Assembly (NCBI GenBank): GCA_963555815.3
Contig: CAUVWX020000001.1
Location: forward strand, 224,001 to 288,000
From: a bacterium
Lineage (GTDB): Bacteria; UBA8248; JACPRG01; G963555815
Direction: 5' to 3'
Length of the DNA: 64,000 nt
This document shows, piece after piece, positions 27,953 to 38,490 of the stretch. The notes beneath the pieces are model-generated. The model saw nothing but the letters and a program-made list of their open reading frames with translations. It searched no databases and was not told where the DNA came from. The translations under genes and the position numbers were made by a program. The stretch's first letter is position 1. Each line of letters begins with the position of its first letter.

Positions 27953-29389
27953 ATGCGGCTCTTTGTCCTTCTTTTTTCCCTTCTCCTCGCCCTCCCAGCC
28001 GAGGCGGCGATCCGCGTCGCCGTCTTCGACCTCTCGAACCAGTCGGGAAACGGCGCAAAAGAAGAATATAGCTGGGTCGGCCTCAATGTGTCCGAAACCC
28101 TAGCCGGTAAGCTCTCCGAGGTCCCTGGTGTCCAAACCATTCCGCGGCCCATGTGGAAAGATCTCGCCCAGAAACTCAAGTTCTCCTCTTCTGATCTTCT
28201 TGACCAAAAGAACGCCCTCCGGATCGGAGGGTTTCTTGGGGTGAACACAATTATTCTTGGCTCCTTCACCGTCCTTGAAGAAGAGATCAACTTCAACTTC
28301 CGTTTTGTCGACGTCGATACAGGGACACTTCTCAGGAACTTAAACCGTACCAGTCCAAAAGATGACCGCCTCCTTGAGACTCTCGCGGCGTTCTCTCTTG
28401 AGGCCGTCGAGGCTCTGAATCATAGGGTGATAGACGGCGAGGTGGTGGCTTTGCCTCCCGAAGAGAGACTGGAGGTCGCCGAGGAGACAAAGGAGAAGAT
28501 TCAAAGGCCGCCGACTAAGAATCTGGAGGTCTATGCCTTATTTGGAAAAGGAAACGAGGCAAATGACCAAAACCGCTGGGAGGAGGCCATCTCCCTCTAC
28601 CGGCAGGTCCTCGAACTTGACGAGGACTACGCCGAGGCCTGGCAGAGCCTGGGGGGTGTCCTGACAAACCGCGAGCGGTTGGAAGAGGCGTGGGAGGTGG
28701 GAAGGAATGCCCTCACTATCTTCAAAGAACGGGGAGATGAGAGGAGGAGGGGGGAGATTCTCAATTACCTTGGCGTCGTCATGGAAAGGCGCGGACGCTT
28801 CGAAGATGCCGATGAACTCTACAAGGAGAGCCTGGATATTGAACAGAAAATCAATAACGAGCCCGGCATCGCGCGGACGCTGAATAACCTGGGAATTATC
28901 GCTATGAATCGCGGACGCACCGTCGCGGCCGAGCGGCTCTACCGGGACAACCTGGAGATTGAAAAGAGAATCGGCAACAAGCCCAGCATCGCACAAACCC
29001 TGAATAACCTGGGAGTGCTCGTCTATAGCCGGGGGCAATTCAGGAACGCCGAGGAGTTCCTCCAAGAAGGCCTGGTGATTAAGAGGGAACTGGGCGACGC
29101 CCTGAGTGTCGCAAGGTCGCTGAATAACCTTGGAATCATCGCCGTGAGAGGCGGACGCTTGAAAGAGGCCGAAGGATTCTATGAGGAGAGTCTGGACATT
29201 CTAAGGGAAGCTGGCGATGTCCCAGGCGCCGCCCTAGCCCTCTTCAACCTCGCCCTTCTCGGAAGAGACCAGGGCTTAAAGGACCCACCCCTCCTTCAGG
29301 CAAAAGAGGCCCTTGAGACATTCCGCAGGATAGGAAGCCCATATGTGGACAGGACGGAATCTCTCATCCAGCAGCTCGAGAGCCGCTAG
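27953..29389 (+). CDS. Secreted TPR protein with CsgG/TolB_N-like N-terminal domain (paralog A, five 40-aa repeats)
   Basis: Signal peptide, RVAVFDL.N; repeats LNNLG at a 120-bp period. Confidence 0.85.
   Translation: MRLFVLLFSLLLALPAEAAIRVAVFDLSNQSGNGAKEEYSWVGLNVSETLAGKLSEVPGVQTIPRPMWKDLAQKLKFSSSDLLDQKNALRIGGFLGVNTIILGSFTVLEEEINFNFRFVDVDTGTLLRNLNRTSPKDDRLLETLAAFSLEAVEALNHRVIDGEVVALPPEERLEVAEETKEKIQRPPTKNLEVYALFGKGNEANDQNRWEEAISLYRQVLELDEDYAEAWQSLGGVLTNRERLEEAWEVGRNALTIFKERGDERRRGEILNYLGVVMERRGRFEDADELYKESLDIEQKINNEPGIARTLNNLGIIAMNRGRTVAAERLYRDNLEIEKRIGNKPSIAQTLNNLGVLVYSRGQFRNAEEFLQEGLVIKRELGDALSVARSLNNLGIIAVRGGRLKEAEGFYEESLDILREAGDVPGAALALFNLALLGRDQGLKDPPLLQAKEALETFRRIGSPYVDRTESLIQQLESR
28741..29260 (+). 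repeat. 120-bp imperfect tandem coding repeats
   Basis: ctgaataacctgg-like core recurs at about 28760, 28880, 29000, 29120 and 29240. Confidence 0.85.
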
Positions 29390-29534
29390 ATCCCCTGTTC
29401 GTCCACACTGAACCAAACTCTCCCAAGGTGCGCCGTTTCTCGTGCTCCAACCACTGAATCGTGGCGCGGGGCTTCAACCCCTTCTCAATTCCCTGGCGAT
29501 CTACACAAGGCTGAATCAGTCGGCAAAAAGTGTC

Positions 29535-30581
29535 TTACACCTTGAAGCGAAAGAAGATGACGTCTCCGTCCTGGACGAGATATTGTTTTCCTTCCAGGCG
29601 GATGAGCCCAGCCTCTTTTGCCGCAGCCCAGGAGCCCTCCCGGTCGAGGATCTCAAAGGGCACCACCTCAGCCCGAATGAAGCCTCGCTCCATATCCGAG
29701 TGAACCGCGCCAGCCGCCTTTAGGGCGGTCGCCCCGCGGGGGATCGTCCAGGCCCTCGTCTCTTTGCCAACCACCGTGAAGAAGGAGATGAGGCCAAGCA
29801 GGTCATGGGAAGCTTGAATGAGGCCTGCTCTCCCTAAGCTCTTTCCCATTTCTTTTGCGAACGCCTCCCGCTCGCCCTCTTCGAGTTGGGTCATCTCCAT
29901 CTCCAGCTTCCCGCAGAAAGAGACCCAAGCGGTCCCTGGAGCTTCAAGAACTCGGGACCAGGCCTCCTCTTTTCCAGGACTGAACTCTTCCTCCTCGCTG
30001 ATGTTGAACACAACGAGGAGGGGTTTCGCCGTGAGAAAGCCATAGCCCCGAAGGGCCTTCTCATCCTCAAGGGGGATGACCCGAAGGGGCTTCTCCTCTT
30101 CCAGGGCCGACCGGAACTTAAGGAAGAGGTCCCGCTCGGGGATATCCCCCTTCTGGCCTTTCCTGATCCCTGCCTCCAGGCGCTCAAGGCGCCGCTCGAC
30201 CACCTCGAGGTCGGCCAGGACAAAGTCCTGAATGGTGGTCCTAAGATCCTCAAGGGGGTTTGTCTCTCCCGCGGGATCGGGAAAGGCGCGGACCACGAGA
30301 AGAAGGGCATCGGCCTCTCTCAGGAAGGCCTCTCCTGGCAGGCGGCCCTCCCCCTTTCGGACGCCCCACACATCTGCGTACTGGATGGAGGCCGGCGCGA
30401 CCTTCTCGGGGCGGAAAATCTCGGCGACCCTGTTGAGTCTCAGGTCAGGGAGCGGGACCCTGGCGAGGTGGACTTCCTCTTTGAAGCGGCCGTGGGGGTA
30501 AGCCTCAGACTCAGAGCCTCTCAGGGCATCGAAGACTGTCGTCTTGCCGCTCCCGGAAAGGCCGATGAGGGCGAGCTTCAT
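29535..30581 (-). CDS. ychF: YchF/Obg-family ATPase
   Basis: GLSGSGKTT, PDLRL, LISFFT..ETRAWTI, HSDMERGFIRAEV, EGKQY.VQDGD. Confidence 0.88.
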   Translation of the reverse strand: MKLALIGLSGSGKTTVFDALRGSESEAYPHGRFKEEVHLARVPLPDLRLNRVAEIFRPEKVAPASIQYADVWGVRKGEGRLPGEAFLREADALLLVVRAFPDPAGETNPLEDLRTTIQDFVLADLEVVERRLERLEAGIRKGQKGDIPERDLFLKFRSALEEEKPLRVIPLEDEKALRGYGFLTAKPLLVVFNISEEEEFSPGKEEAWSRVLEAPGTAWVSFCGKLEMEMTQLEEGEREAFAKEMGKSLGRAGLIQASHDLLGLISFFTVVGKETRAWTIPRGATALKAAGAVHSDMERGFIRAEVVPFEILDREGSWAAAKEAGLIRLEGKQYLVQDGDVIFFRFKV

Positions 30582-30585
30582 AGGG

Positions 30586-31362
30586 TTAACGGGAAGAGGG
30601 CCTCTTTTGGGCGCTTATCTGGCGAGGGGAACTCGGCTTTCGGGACCGCCCGAATTTCGAGGCCGCCCGTAGGAAAGCTTCAAAAAGCTGCACAGCCGCC
30701 CGGTCGGTCCGATACAGGTTTTCTGGATGCCACTGGACACCCAGGACGAAGGGTTTTGAGCGCTCAATGGCCTCGATGATGCCGTCCGGGGCTCGAGCGG
30801 AGACCTGAAAACCGGGGGCCACTTTCTTGATGGCTTGGTGGTGGCTCGTGTTCACCTTGAGCTTCCGCCTGGTCATCATCTTCGCCAGCTGGCTTTGGGG
30901 CTCGATGGCTATCTCATGGCGGCCTGAGCGGCTCTTGTGGGCAAGGGCCCCCGAAACCTGGGAGGGGATGTCCTGATAGAGAGTCCCGCCGGCGGCCACG
31001 TTAAGAACCTGACAGCCCCCGCACACCCCAAGGGTTGGCATGTCCCGCCTGACCACCTCGCGGGCGAGAAGGAGCTCAAAATGTACCCTGACCGGATTGA
31101 GGGGCAGCTCACAGAGAGGACGCTCGCCGTAGTGGCCGGGTTCGACGTCGTAATCTCCCCCAGAGATGAGAACCCCGTCCAGGGGATCGACGAGGGCCGC
31201 GACCTCCTTCCCCCGGACATCCGGAAGGGCGGGAAGAAGGAGGGGGAGTCCCCCGAGATCGAAAATGGCTTCGATGTATTCTCGCCTTAGGTGGTGGAGT
31301 CCTTCAGGACCATTGCCCACATCGCAGGTGATGCCGATCCAAGGCTTCTTCTTGCGGCTCAC
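30586..31362 (-). CDS. Peptidase C26 glutamine amidotransferase (PuuD-like)
   Basis: KPWIGIT, DGVLISGG.DV.P..Y, LGVCGGCQ.LNVA.GGTL.QD, VNTSHHQ, GVQWHPE. Confidence 0.9.
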   Translation of the reverse strand: MSRKKKPWIGITCDVGNGPEGLHHLRREYIEAIFDLGGLPLLLPALPDVRGKEVAALVDPLDGVLISGGDYDVEPGHYGERPLCELPLNPVRVHFELLLAREVVRRDMPTLGVCGGCQVLNVAAGGTLYQDIPSQVSGALAHKSRSGRHEIAIEPQSQLAKMMTRRKLKVNTSHHQAIKKVAPGFQVSARAPDGIIEAIERSKPFVLGVQWHPENLYRTDRAAVQLFEAFLRAASKFGRSRKPSSPRQISAQKRPSSR

Positions 31363-31378
31363 CAAAGGCCCCCCTTGC

Positions 31379-33370
31379 CTAGCTCGCCGCCCGCCCTTGG
31401 GAAAGGGCAGAGAGCTCTGCTGGGATTTCCGCGTCGGTCGACGGCGCGCGCTCCCCATACAACCGCCAGCCATACTTCCCCGTGGGGGTGACGAGAATGT
31501 TCCTCAGTCCGACCCGCCGACCCCAGTCTTCCAACTCCTCCTTGTCAAAGTAGTGGCGGAGTGGGGCCGAGAAGCGATCGAACCAGTCCGCATAGCAGAC
31601 GAAGAATGGGAACCTCGCATAGAGCTTGACCCGGGGAAAGGCGAACCTCTCGACGAGGGGAAGGCGTCTCAGAAGGGAATAGGGAAAGATGAAGGCGAAA
31701 TAATCGACACCGGCGAAGAGAAAGGAGATCTTCATCAGGGTCGGAAGGGGGATGCGGCGCGTGAGGGAGCGGACCCTCTCCGTGAAGAAGTTCACAAGGC
31801 GCCGTCGCTTGCTGTACACCCAGATGGCCACCGCCCCCTCGGGTTTGACGAATTCAAACAGGGAACGAAAGCCCTCCTCTGGATCGGGTAGATGGTGGAG
31901 GGCACCCAGGCTGTAGATGAAGTCAAATGCCCCGCGCTTGAAGGGCATCCGGTAGATGTCCCCTTTGACCAGGGAGATGTTGGAACGGGAGCGGTTGGTC
32001 TGTCGGGCCGAGAAGATGGCGTTGCTGAAATCCATCCCCACCATATGTCTTGGGCCAAACCCAGCCGCATAGTAGAGGTGGCGGCCAAACCCACAGGCGG
32101 CATCGAGTCCCAACTTACCCTGGAAGAACTCCGGTTGAACCGGGTGAATATAATTCAGGAAGTGCTTCTCATTGGCAGGGGCCATGTCCGGGAAATGAGT
32201 CCACTGGTAGTCAAAGCTTCTCTGGGTCTTCTGCTGAAGGCGAGAGAAGCGCGCGGCGTCCTTCTTGAACTTATCCCGCCCCGCCAGCTCCAAGATCTCA
32301 AAGAACCGCGAGGCATTTCTCCTGACCGAGTAGTGGGCCTCGACGGTCTTCCGCCCCTCACGGCCCATGCGCCGACGCAGGGCGGAATCCGAGAGGAGGC
32401 GGGAGATCTTCTCCACCCACTCCTCGGGCGTTTGGGCCACAAAACCGTTTACCCCGTCGGTGACGATCTTGCGGTTGACCCCCACCGGAGAGCAGACGAC
32501 CGGGATCTCCATGCTCATGTAGAGGAGGGCCTTGAAGCCGCACTTGTAGCGTTCCCACTCGTCGTCCCGGAGGGGCATGATGCCGACGTCAAAGGCCCGA
32601 AGGGCCTCATACTCCCTCTCCAGGCACCAGGGGATGCCCTGGATCCGGCTTCGGTCCAGAGGGCCGTCATACTCACCGCCGACGACCTGGATCTCCAGAG
32701 TCGGAAATCGGGTCAGAAGCTCCCGAAACACGTCATCCAAGGCCCTAAGATACGGAGCAGTGGTGCGGCTGCCGATCCAGCCCAGGACGAGGCGGTCCTG
32801 GGTGGACGGATCGGGGGGGGTCCCATCCACCCGGTAGGTGTCTGTTTCCACTGGGGTCGGGAGGACATGGACGCGATCGTTGAACTGAAGGGCGTACTCC
32901 TTCAGAAACTCGTTTCCCGCGATGACGTGGGAACTCTGGGCGATGAGGCTCGCCACCTTGCCCGGCCGCTTGAGAAAGGAGAGGAGACGCCGGCCGAAAG
33001 TGCTCTGGTCTTTGAGGAAAACCGCGTCATCGAAGTCAAAAACAATGGGCCTTCGGATGCGCCTGATAAGATACTGGCTGAAGGGGGTCCAGATGGGAAA
33101 GGCCCGGCGGTGGATGACGACGAGGTCATATCGGTTGGTCCTCAGGAGGTTCCAAAGGCGCCGGATCGCCCCCCACACAGAACGAACTACCTTTTCAAAG
33201 AGATGTCCCCTCTGGTAGAGGATGGCGTAAAGACGCTTGGACATAAAGGGGCTGACCTTCCACCGAACCCCTCGGTCCTGAAGGTAGGAGAGATACTGCT
33301 CAATACGGAGCCGATTGCTGGCCCCTTCGGTCGGATAAGGAAGAAGAAAAAGGACTCGCACCGAAATCAT
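31379..33370 (-). CDS. GT4 glycosyltransferase fused to a class I SAM methyltransferase
   Basis: GASNRLR, FDFDDA, GWIGS, DVGIMPL..KCGFK..YM..PVV.SPVG; then SF.YQW..F, LDAACGFGRH, FD.IYS.GALHHLPDP. Confidence 0.88.
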   Translation of the reverse strand: MISVRVLFLLPYPTEGASNRLRIEQYLSYLQDRGVRWKVSPFMSKRLYAILYQRGHLFEKVVRSVWGAIRRLWNLLRTNRYDLVVIHRRAFPIWTPFSQYLIRRIRRPIVFDFDDAVFLKDQSTFGRRLLSFLKRPGKVASLIAQSSHVIAGNEFLKEYALQFNDRVHVLPTPVETDTYRVDGTPPDPSTQDRLVLGWIGSRTTAPYLRALDDVFRELLTRFPTLEIQVVGGEYDGPLDRSRIQGIPWCLEREYEALRAFDVGIMPLRDDEWERYKCGFKALLYMSMEIPVVCSPVGVNRKIVTDGVNGFVAQTPEEWVEKISRLLSDSALRRRMGREGRKTVEAHYSVRRNASRFFEILELAGRDKFKKDAARFSRLQQKTQRSFDYQWTHFPDMAPANEKHFLNYIHPVQPEFFQGKLGLDAACGFGRHLYYAAGFGPRHMVGMDFSNAIFSARQTNRSRSNISLVKGDIYRMPFKRGAFDFIYSLGALHHLPDPEEGFRSLFEFVKPEGAVAIWVYSKRRRLVNFFTERVRSLTRRIPLPTLMKISFLFAGVDYFAFIFPYSLLRRLPLVERFAFPRVKLYARFPFFVCYADWFDRFSAPLRHYFDKEELEDWGRRVGLRNILVTPTGKYGWRLYGERAPSTDAEIPAELSALSQGRAAS

Positions 33371-33558
33371 GCCCCTCGTATTAAAATGCCGAAAACATCT
33401 TATCATATAGGGGTAAAATAGGCCGTAAGGAAGGGCCGCGCCCGCCGGAGCCCGTGGAAAACGAGGTCCTTCCAGCCTCGACGTTCGGTTCAGATCCGAT
33501 GTCTGCTCGCTCCCCTCCTCGTCCCCCTGGGAGCAGAGGCCCAAGAGAAGGATCCGCC

Positions 33559-34336
33559 ATGAGGTTTTTGCCAAAAAAGATTTGGATCCCCCCTCTGGCT
33601 GTTCTCTTAGTCGGCGCCCTCTTCTTCTGGCCGGCGAGCACCCGGATGTCGGTGGACTACAAGTTCCAAGAGACGAGGATCCCTCTTGGCCTGAAGACCC
33701 TCGACTTCTTCAGGCGGCATCGGGCCCTCGCCCGCCTAACAGAAAGTCTCGTAGAAGAGCGGGATCCCCCCCCTGGAGCGTCTCCTCTCCCTGTTCCAAT
33801 GGACGGTCGACCGAATTGCGCCCCAACCGGAGGGTAAGCCTGTCCTGGACGACCATATCCTGTCCATTATCGAAAGGGGCTATGGCGTCGGAGAACAGAG
33901 CGCCGACGTCTTCACCACCCTTTCCGTCTACGCAGGGTTTCCGGCGGCGATAGTCCTGGTCGGGCCGCCGGGATTTCAAGAGATCAAACTCTCTCTGGTC
34001 CAGGTGGGGGAGGACTACTTCCTCTTCGACACGGCGCGGGGGAACTACTTCCCAGACCCGGACGGGAGGCCGGCGAGCCTTCGTGCCCTTCAAAAAGACC
34101 CCCGTCTTGCACAAAAAGCGCCTCACCAGCCTCTCATCAAGGGGGTCAAATACTCCGCCTATTTTGAAGACCTGGGCGAGTTTCCAGGTTTTGACCGGAC
34201 ACTGCGGGGGGACCTTCAGATCCCCTGGCGACGGTCGCTCCATGAAGTGAAGCGGGCCTTCGGCTTCGCCCGTGAGGCGTCCCTCTTCTACCGGCTCCCG
34301 GCTCGTCCCCTCAACAGCGGCGAGGGGTCAGGATGA
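33559..34336 (+). pseudogene. Membrane-anchored transglutaminase-like protein frameshifted in a C8 tract
   Basis: Removing one C from the run at 33766-33773 joins MRFLPKK.. to LERLLSLFQWT..ERGYGVGEQSADVFTTL..AGFPA..YFLFD and to ORF 34004-34336. Confidence 0.7.
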
Positions 34337-35323
34337 GGCGGTAGTCTGGGCGGGTTCGCTTGCGAATCTAAGGTCCCGCTCATGAAAGGGAACAGGAAGG
34401 AGATAGGCGAGACCCCCCAAGAGGCGGATAAGGATAAGGAACCCCAGGGCGGTCACCGAGAGCGCCAGCATGCTCTCCGGGGGGACTCCGAGGCTTCCGA
34501 AAAAAGTCACATAGGCCACATCCCGGAGGCCAAGGCCGCTGAGGGTGATGGGAAGAGCGGCCACCCCGTCCGCCAAGGGGACAAAGAACCAAAAATAGAG
34601 GAAGGAAACACCCAGATTCCGACCCACGATGAAGATGGAAAGGGCCCAGAAGGATTGACCGAGGGTCGCCAGGAAGAGGACCCCGAGAGAGCCGAGGGGG
34701 AGGCGGCGAAAGAGGGAAAAACCCTCTTGGATCTCGCTCAAGTGATGGCTCACCCGGGGCCGGCGAAGCAGGGGGAGCCTCCCGAGACCTCCCACGATCC
34801 TCCGGCTGCCAAGACAGGCCGTTGCCGCCAGGGCAACCCCGCTCCACACGGCCACGGCCGCCAGCAGATTGACCTCCAAGATGGCCCCACCAAGGAATAC
34901 AGAGGCAAGCAGGATGGTCATCATCTGGCCGACAAATCCACTCACCCGGTCCATCACAACGGCGACGATGGCAAAACCGGATCTCTGGCTCCTCCGCGAC
35001 AGGTAGTAGATCCTCCAGGCATCACTCCCCAGCGTCCCCGGAAGGGCAAAACCGAAGAATTGACTCACGGCCCCAAGCCAGAGGACATGGGGGCCCGAGA
35101 CTTGAACCCCCTGAAGACGCAGGATGAGCCAGAACTTGAGGGCCCGAAGGAAGAGGACCCCGATAAGGGCGCTTAAAAACCCAAGGGCAAGGGCCGCGGG
35201 TCGAGAGCCTGCCAGCGCAGACCCAAGGGCCCGGGGGTCAATCTGACTGAAGGCAAGACCGAAGATGGCAACGCTCAGGGCCGCCCGCCAGACAGCAGGA
35301 TGGAAACGGGAAAAAATTCTCAC
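34328..35323 (-). CDS. Lysylphosphatidylglycerol-synthase TM / flippase-like membrane protein
   Basis: LRALKF..IL, LPGTLGSD.WR, V.MDR..G, LPITLSGLGLRD. Confidence 0.85.
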   Translation of the reverse strand: MRIFSRFHPAVWRAALSVAIFGLAFSQIDPRALGSALAGSRPAALALGFLSALIGVLFLRALKFWLILRLQGVQVSGPHVLWLGAVSQFFGFALPGTLGSDAWRIYYLSRRSQRSGFAIVAVVMDRVSGFVGQMMTILLASVFLGGAILEVNLLAAVAVWSGVALAATACLGSRRIVGGLGRLPLLRRPRVSHHLSEIQEGFSLFRRLPLGSLGVLFLATLGQSFWALSIFIVGRNLGVSFLYFWFFVPLADGVAALPITLSGLGLRDVAYVTFFGSLGVPPESMLALSVTALGFLILIRLLGGLAYLLPVPFHERDLRFASEPAQTTASS

Positions 35324-36576
35324 CGGGCGACCTCCATCGCCCACGTCCAGTGCTCTTCTGGAATCTGAAGGATCAGAGATTTATCCCATTGTCCTCCAGC
35401 CCACGTGTAGCGGTTGATCTGACCCTGAACATCCGCCGACGCATAGAGCTCGTTCTTTCCATCGCCGTCCATATCAGCGATGAGAAGAGGATGATTGATG
35501 CCGGCGCTCTCGCGGTCAATCAACGTCTTGTCCCAGCGTCCCCCCTGGCGGTCAAAGGAAAGGAGCCAGAGACCCGCGCTTCGGGTCCCCACGACCACGT
35601 CCGGACGCCCGTCATGATCGGCATCGCCAACGGCGATAGCGCGGGAGCTCGTATCAGGGATCTCGGCCAAAACCTCGGAGGTCCACTGGTTGTCTTTCCA
35701 CCGATAGGCCTTGATCCGAACGGGTTCCAAAAGCTCCACACGGCCGTCGACCTCTCGCGTCACTCCTTCCACAGCGGCCACGAGCTCAACCCGCCCGTCG
35801 CCGTCCAGGTCTCCCGTTCCGATCTCCTTCGCGTGGGTCTTCGAGAAGGACTCGACAACCGAGACTGTATAGCTATCCCCCTGCCAGCGCCAGGCGGCAA
35901 TCCGCCCCGGCTGGGGTTTTCCAGAAAGCACGTTTGGATGGGAGAGCGTGGCGAAAAGGTGAGGGGGGCCTTCTTGCGCCATCGGCGCGATGACAATCTC
36001 GTGGACCCAGGTTCGGTCCTCGCGATTGAGCTCGAGGGCCTTCCAAGTCCCTCCCTCCTGCTTGAGGACGGCGACCACGCCCTCGGGATGGGTCCCGATG
36101 ACGATCTCGGGATTCTCGTCCCCGTCGATGTCCCCCACCCTGAAATCCCGGATGCGTGAGACACCCTGTTCAGTGGAGGACTCCCAAAGGATCTGAGGTT
36201 GCCAGTCTCCTCCCTCCTTCCGATATAGCTTCAGGAGGGGACGATTTCCGCCCGCCGTCAGAAGGGCCTGGCGGCCATCTCCGTCCAGGTCGAGGAGAAG
36301 GGCCCGATGAATCACCTGAGAGTCGGGGTCCACGATCTCGGTGAGATCCCAGAGGCCGTCCGGCTGAGACCCCGATCTGAGGAGCCAGACCTTTCCGGGA
36401 CCGGCCCGAATTTTCTGTTCCCCGCCGACCTGAAACCCATTCACCCCAACTGCGATCTGGTGAACCCCTGAAATGGGTCGCCCCTCCTGGGCGAAAGCTG
36501 CTGAAAACCCAAGGAGGATAAAAAACGCAAGAGATCGCGCGAACACGACCTTTTTGATCTTCAAATCCATTTCCAT
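35320..36576 (-). CDS. Secreted FG-GAP/VCBS repeat beta-propeller protein
   Basis: Repeated DLDGDG, GDIDGDE, GDADHDG, DMDGDG motifs; signal peptide ending AFA. Confidence 0.85.
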   Translation of the reverse strand: MEMDLKIKKVVFARSLAFFILLGFSAAFAQEGRPISGVHQIAVGVNGFQVGGEQKIRAGPGKVWLLRSGSQPDGLWDLTEIVDPDSQVIHRALLLDLDGDGRQALLTAGGNRPLLKLYRKEGGDWQPQILWESSTEQGVSRIRDFRVGDIDGDENPEIVIGTHPEGVVAVLKQEGGTWKALELNREDRTWVHEIVIAPMAQEGPPHLFATLSHPNVLSGKPQPGRIAAWRWQGDSYTVSVVESFSKTHAKEIGTGDLDGDGRVELVAAVEGVTREVDGRVELLEPVRIKAYRWKDNQWTSEVLAEIPDTSSRAIAVGDADHDGRPDVVVGTRSAGLWLLSFDRQGGRWDKTLIDRESAGINHPLLIADMDGDGKNELYASADVQGQINRYTWAGGQWDKSLILQIPEEHWTWAMEVAR

Positions 36577-36916
36577 AGGACCAAAACCTACCACGCAGGT
36601 CTTGTGCCCGCAAGCATGAAGGAGATTTGACGCGTGAAAAGAGCACTCTTGCCAGAAGGCCAGAGAAACTCCCTGATTTTTGAAGCCAGGACAACTTAGG
36701 AGATGGACAGGAGGGTCAACTTTCGGAAGAAAAAATTTCCACGCGAAGCAGCGCTCGGTTGGGGCACCCAGAATTTCTTTGGCTCAATCCTCCTCCCCCT
36801 CAACGATGACTTTGAACCTCGGGGGCCTGTGCGAAAGCCCCGAAGACCAGCCAAGGCATCAGAAGAACCCACATAAAGAAAATTCTGACAACCCTCATCT
36901 TTTCGCCTGCATTGTT

Positions 36917-38410
36917 TCAGACCTCTGTCTTCAGCCCCTGGGCCATCTCGATGTCTTCGCTGTGATTGACGGTCCAGGCGATCCGGTGGGTGACGGCGTC
37001 CACCAACGCGCTGGCTGAAGGAAGGCCGGTGCCGCTCTTCTTCATCCCCCCGAAGGGAAGATGGACCTCAGCCCCGATGGTGGGGAGGTTGAAATACCCC
37101 AGCCCGAATTCGCACTCCCGAAGGACGGTCCTCGCCTTTCGATAATCCTGGGTGATGACGGCCATGGAAAGGCCATATTCGGTGTCGTTATAGATGTGGA
37201 TGGCCTGCTCCAGCGTCTTGTAGGGGATGAGGGCCACGTGAGGGCCAAAGACCTCCTCTTTCAAGACGCGGGACGAAGGTTTGTGGGGAAGGACATAGAC
37301 GAAGGGAGACATGAACCAGCCTTCGCCCAGGCGCCCGTCCTCCATGCGCCCTCCCTTCAGGAGGACCTCGGCCCCCTCCTGCTCAGCGAGGTCGTTATAG
37401 TACTGCACCTTCTTCAGCCCCGCCTCGTTGATGAGGGGGCCCATGAAGGTGTCTTTATCGAGCGGGTCTCCGATCTGAATCCGTTGGACCAGGGGTAAAA
37501 AACGTTCAGCGAAGGGCTCGAGAAGCGATTCGTGAAGGATGACCCTTCCGGCCGACACGCACCTTTGGCCTGCCGTCTTGAAAGCGCTGAGAAGGCACGC
37601 CTTCAGGGCGATGTTGAGATCGGCGTCCTCGTCCACGATGAGGGCGTTTTTTCCCCCCATCTCGCAGGCTGCCATCTTGTAGGGACCGTCCGCACAGACC
37701 CGCTTGATCTCCGACCCCACCTCATAGGAGCCAGTGAAGAGGACCACATCGATCCCGGGGTGGCGGACAAGGGGTGCCCCCACTTCCTCCCCAAGGCCGT
37801 GGATCACGTTGACAACACCGGGGGGAAAGCCGGCCCGGTGAAACAGATCGGCTAGGCGATGGCCCACCAGGGGGGTCTCTTCAGAAGGTTTGAAGACGAC
37901 GGTATTTCCCTCCACCAGGGAAGGCCCCAGGAGCCATAGGGGAACGGCGAAGGGGAAGTTCCAGGGGGTGATGGCCGCCACCTCCCCCTTGGGTTTCCTC
38001 AGGATGAAGGCGTCTTTTTCGGCGATCTCGGAGGAGACGACATATCCGTGGGGCATCCGGGCTGTCCCGAAGACATACTGGGCCATGTGGATGCCCTCAG
38101 TGACGTCGGCCCGGGCCTCATTGATGGCCTTCCCGCACTCCTGGGCCATCGTCCTGGAAAGGTCCTCATGCTCGTCCCTGACGAGCTGGACAAAGTTGTC
38201 AAAAAACTCCCCCCGCCGAATCCGTGAAGTGCGCCTCCAGGCGGGATAGGCCTGCTCCGCCGCCGAAACGGCCGAGCGCACGTCAGCCTCGCCTGAGCGT
38301 GGAAAGACGCCGATGACCTCCTCCCACCGGGATGGGTTTCGGCTCTCAAAGGTGGCCCCCCCTTCGGCCTCCCGCCACTCGCCGTTGATGTAGTTGTCAC
38401 CTTTTTTCAT
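36917..38410 (-). CDS. Aldehyde dehydrogenase
   Basis: ITPWNFP, FTGS, EMGGKN, AGQRC, EEVFGP, PFGG.K.SG. Confidence 0.95.
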   Translation of the reverse strand: MKKGDNYINGEWREAEGGATFESRNPSRWEEVIGVFPRSGEADVRSAVSAAEQAYPAWRRTSRIRRGEFFDNFVQLVRDEHEDLSRTMAQECGKAINEARADVTEGIHMAQYVFGTARMPHGYVVSSEIAEKDAFILRKPKGEVAAITPWNFPFAVPLWLLGPSLVEGNTVVFKPSEETPLVGHRLADLFHRAGFPPGVVNVIHGLGEEVGAPLVRHPGIDVVLFTGSYEVGSEIKRVCADGPYKMAACEMGGKNALIVDEDADLNIALKACLLSAFKTAGQRCVSAGRVILHESLLEPFAERFLPLVQRIQIGDPLDKDTFMGPLINEAGLKKVQYYNDLAEQEGAEVLLKGGRMEDGRLGEGWFMSPFVYVLPHKPSSRVLKEEVFGPHVALIPYKTLEQAIHIYNDTEYGLSMAVITQDYRKARTVLRECEFGLGYFNLPTIGAEVHLPFGGMKKSGTGLPSASALVDAVTHRIAWTVNHSEDIEMAQGLKTEV

Positions 38411-38490
38411 CTTCCCTCACCCCCCTCTCTTTGACCACTCGCAGAGGGAAGTCTCAAATCGTGGGGGCCAACCGAAGATCTCATTGAGCC

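Noticed and set aside
31892..33421. 509-aa plus-strand ORF
   Set aside because: Antisense to the GT4-methyltransferase gene.
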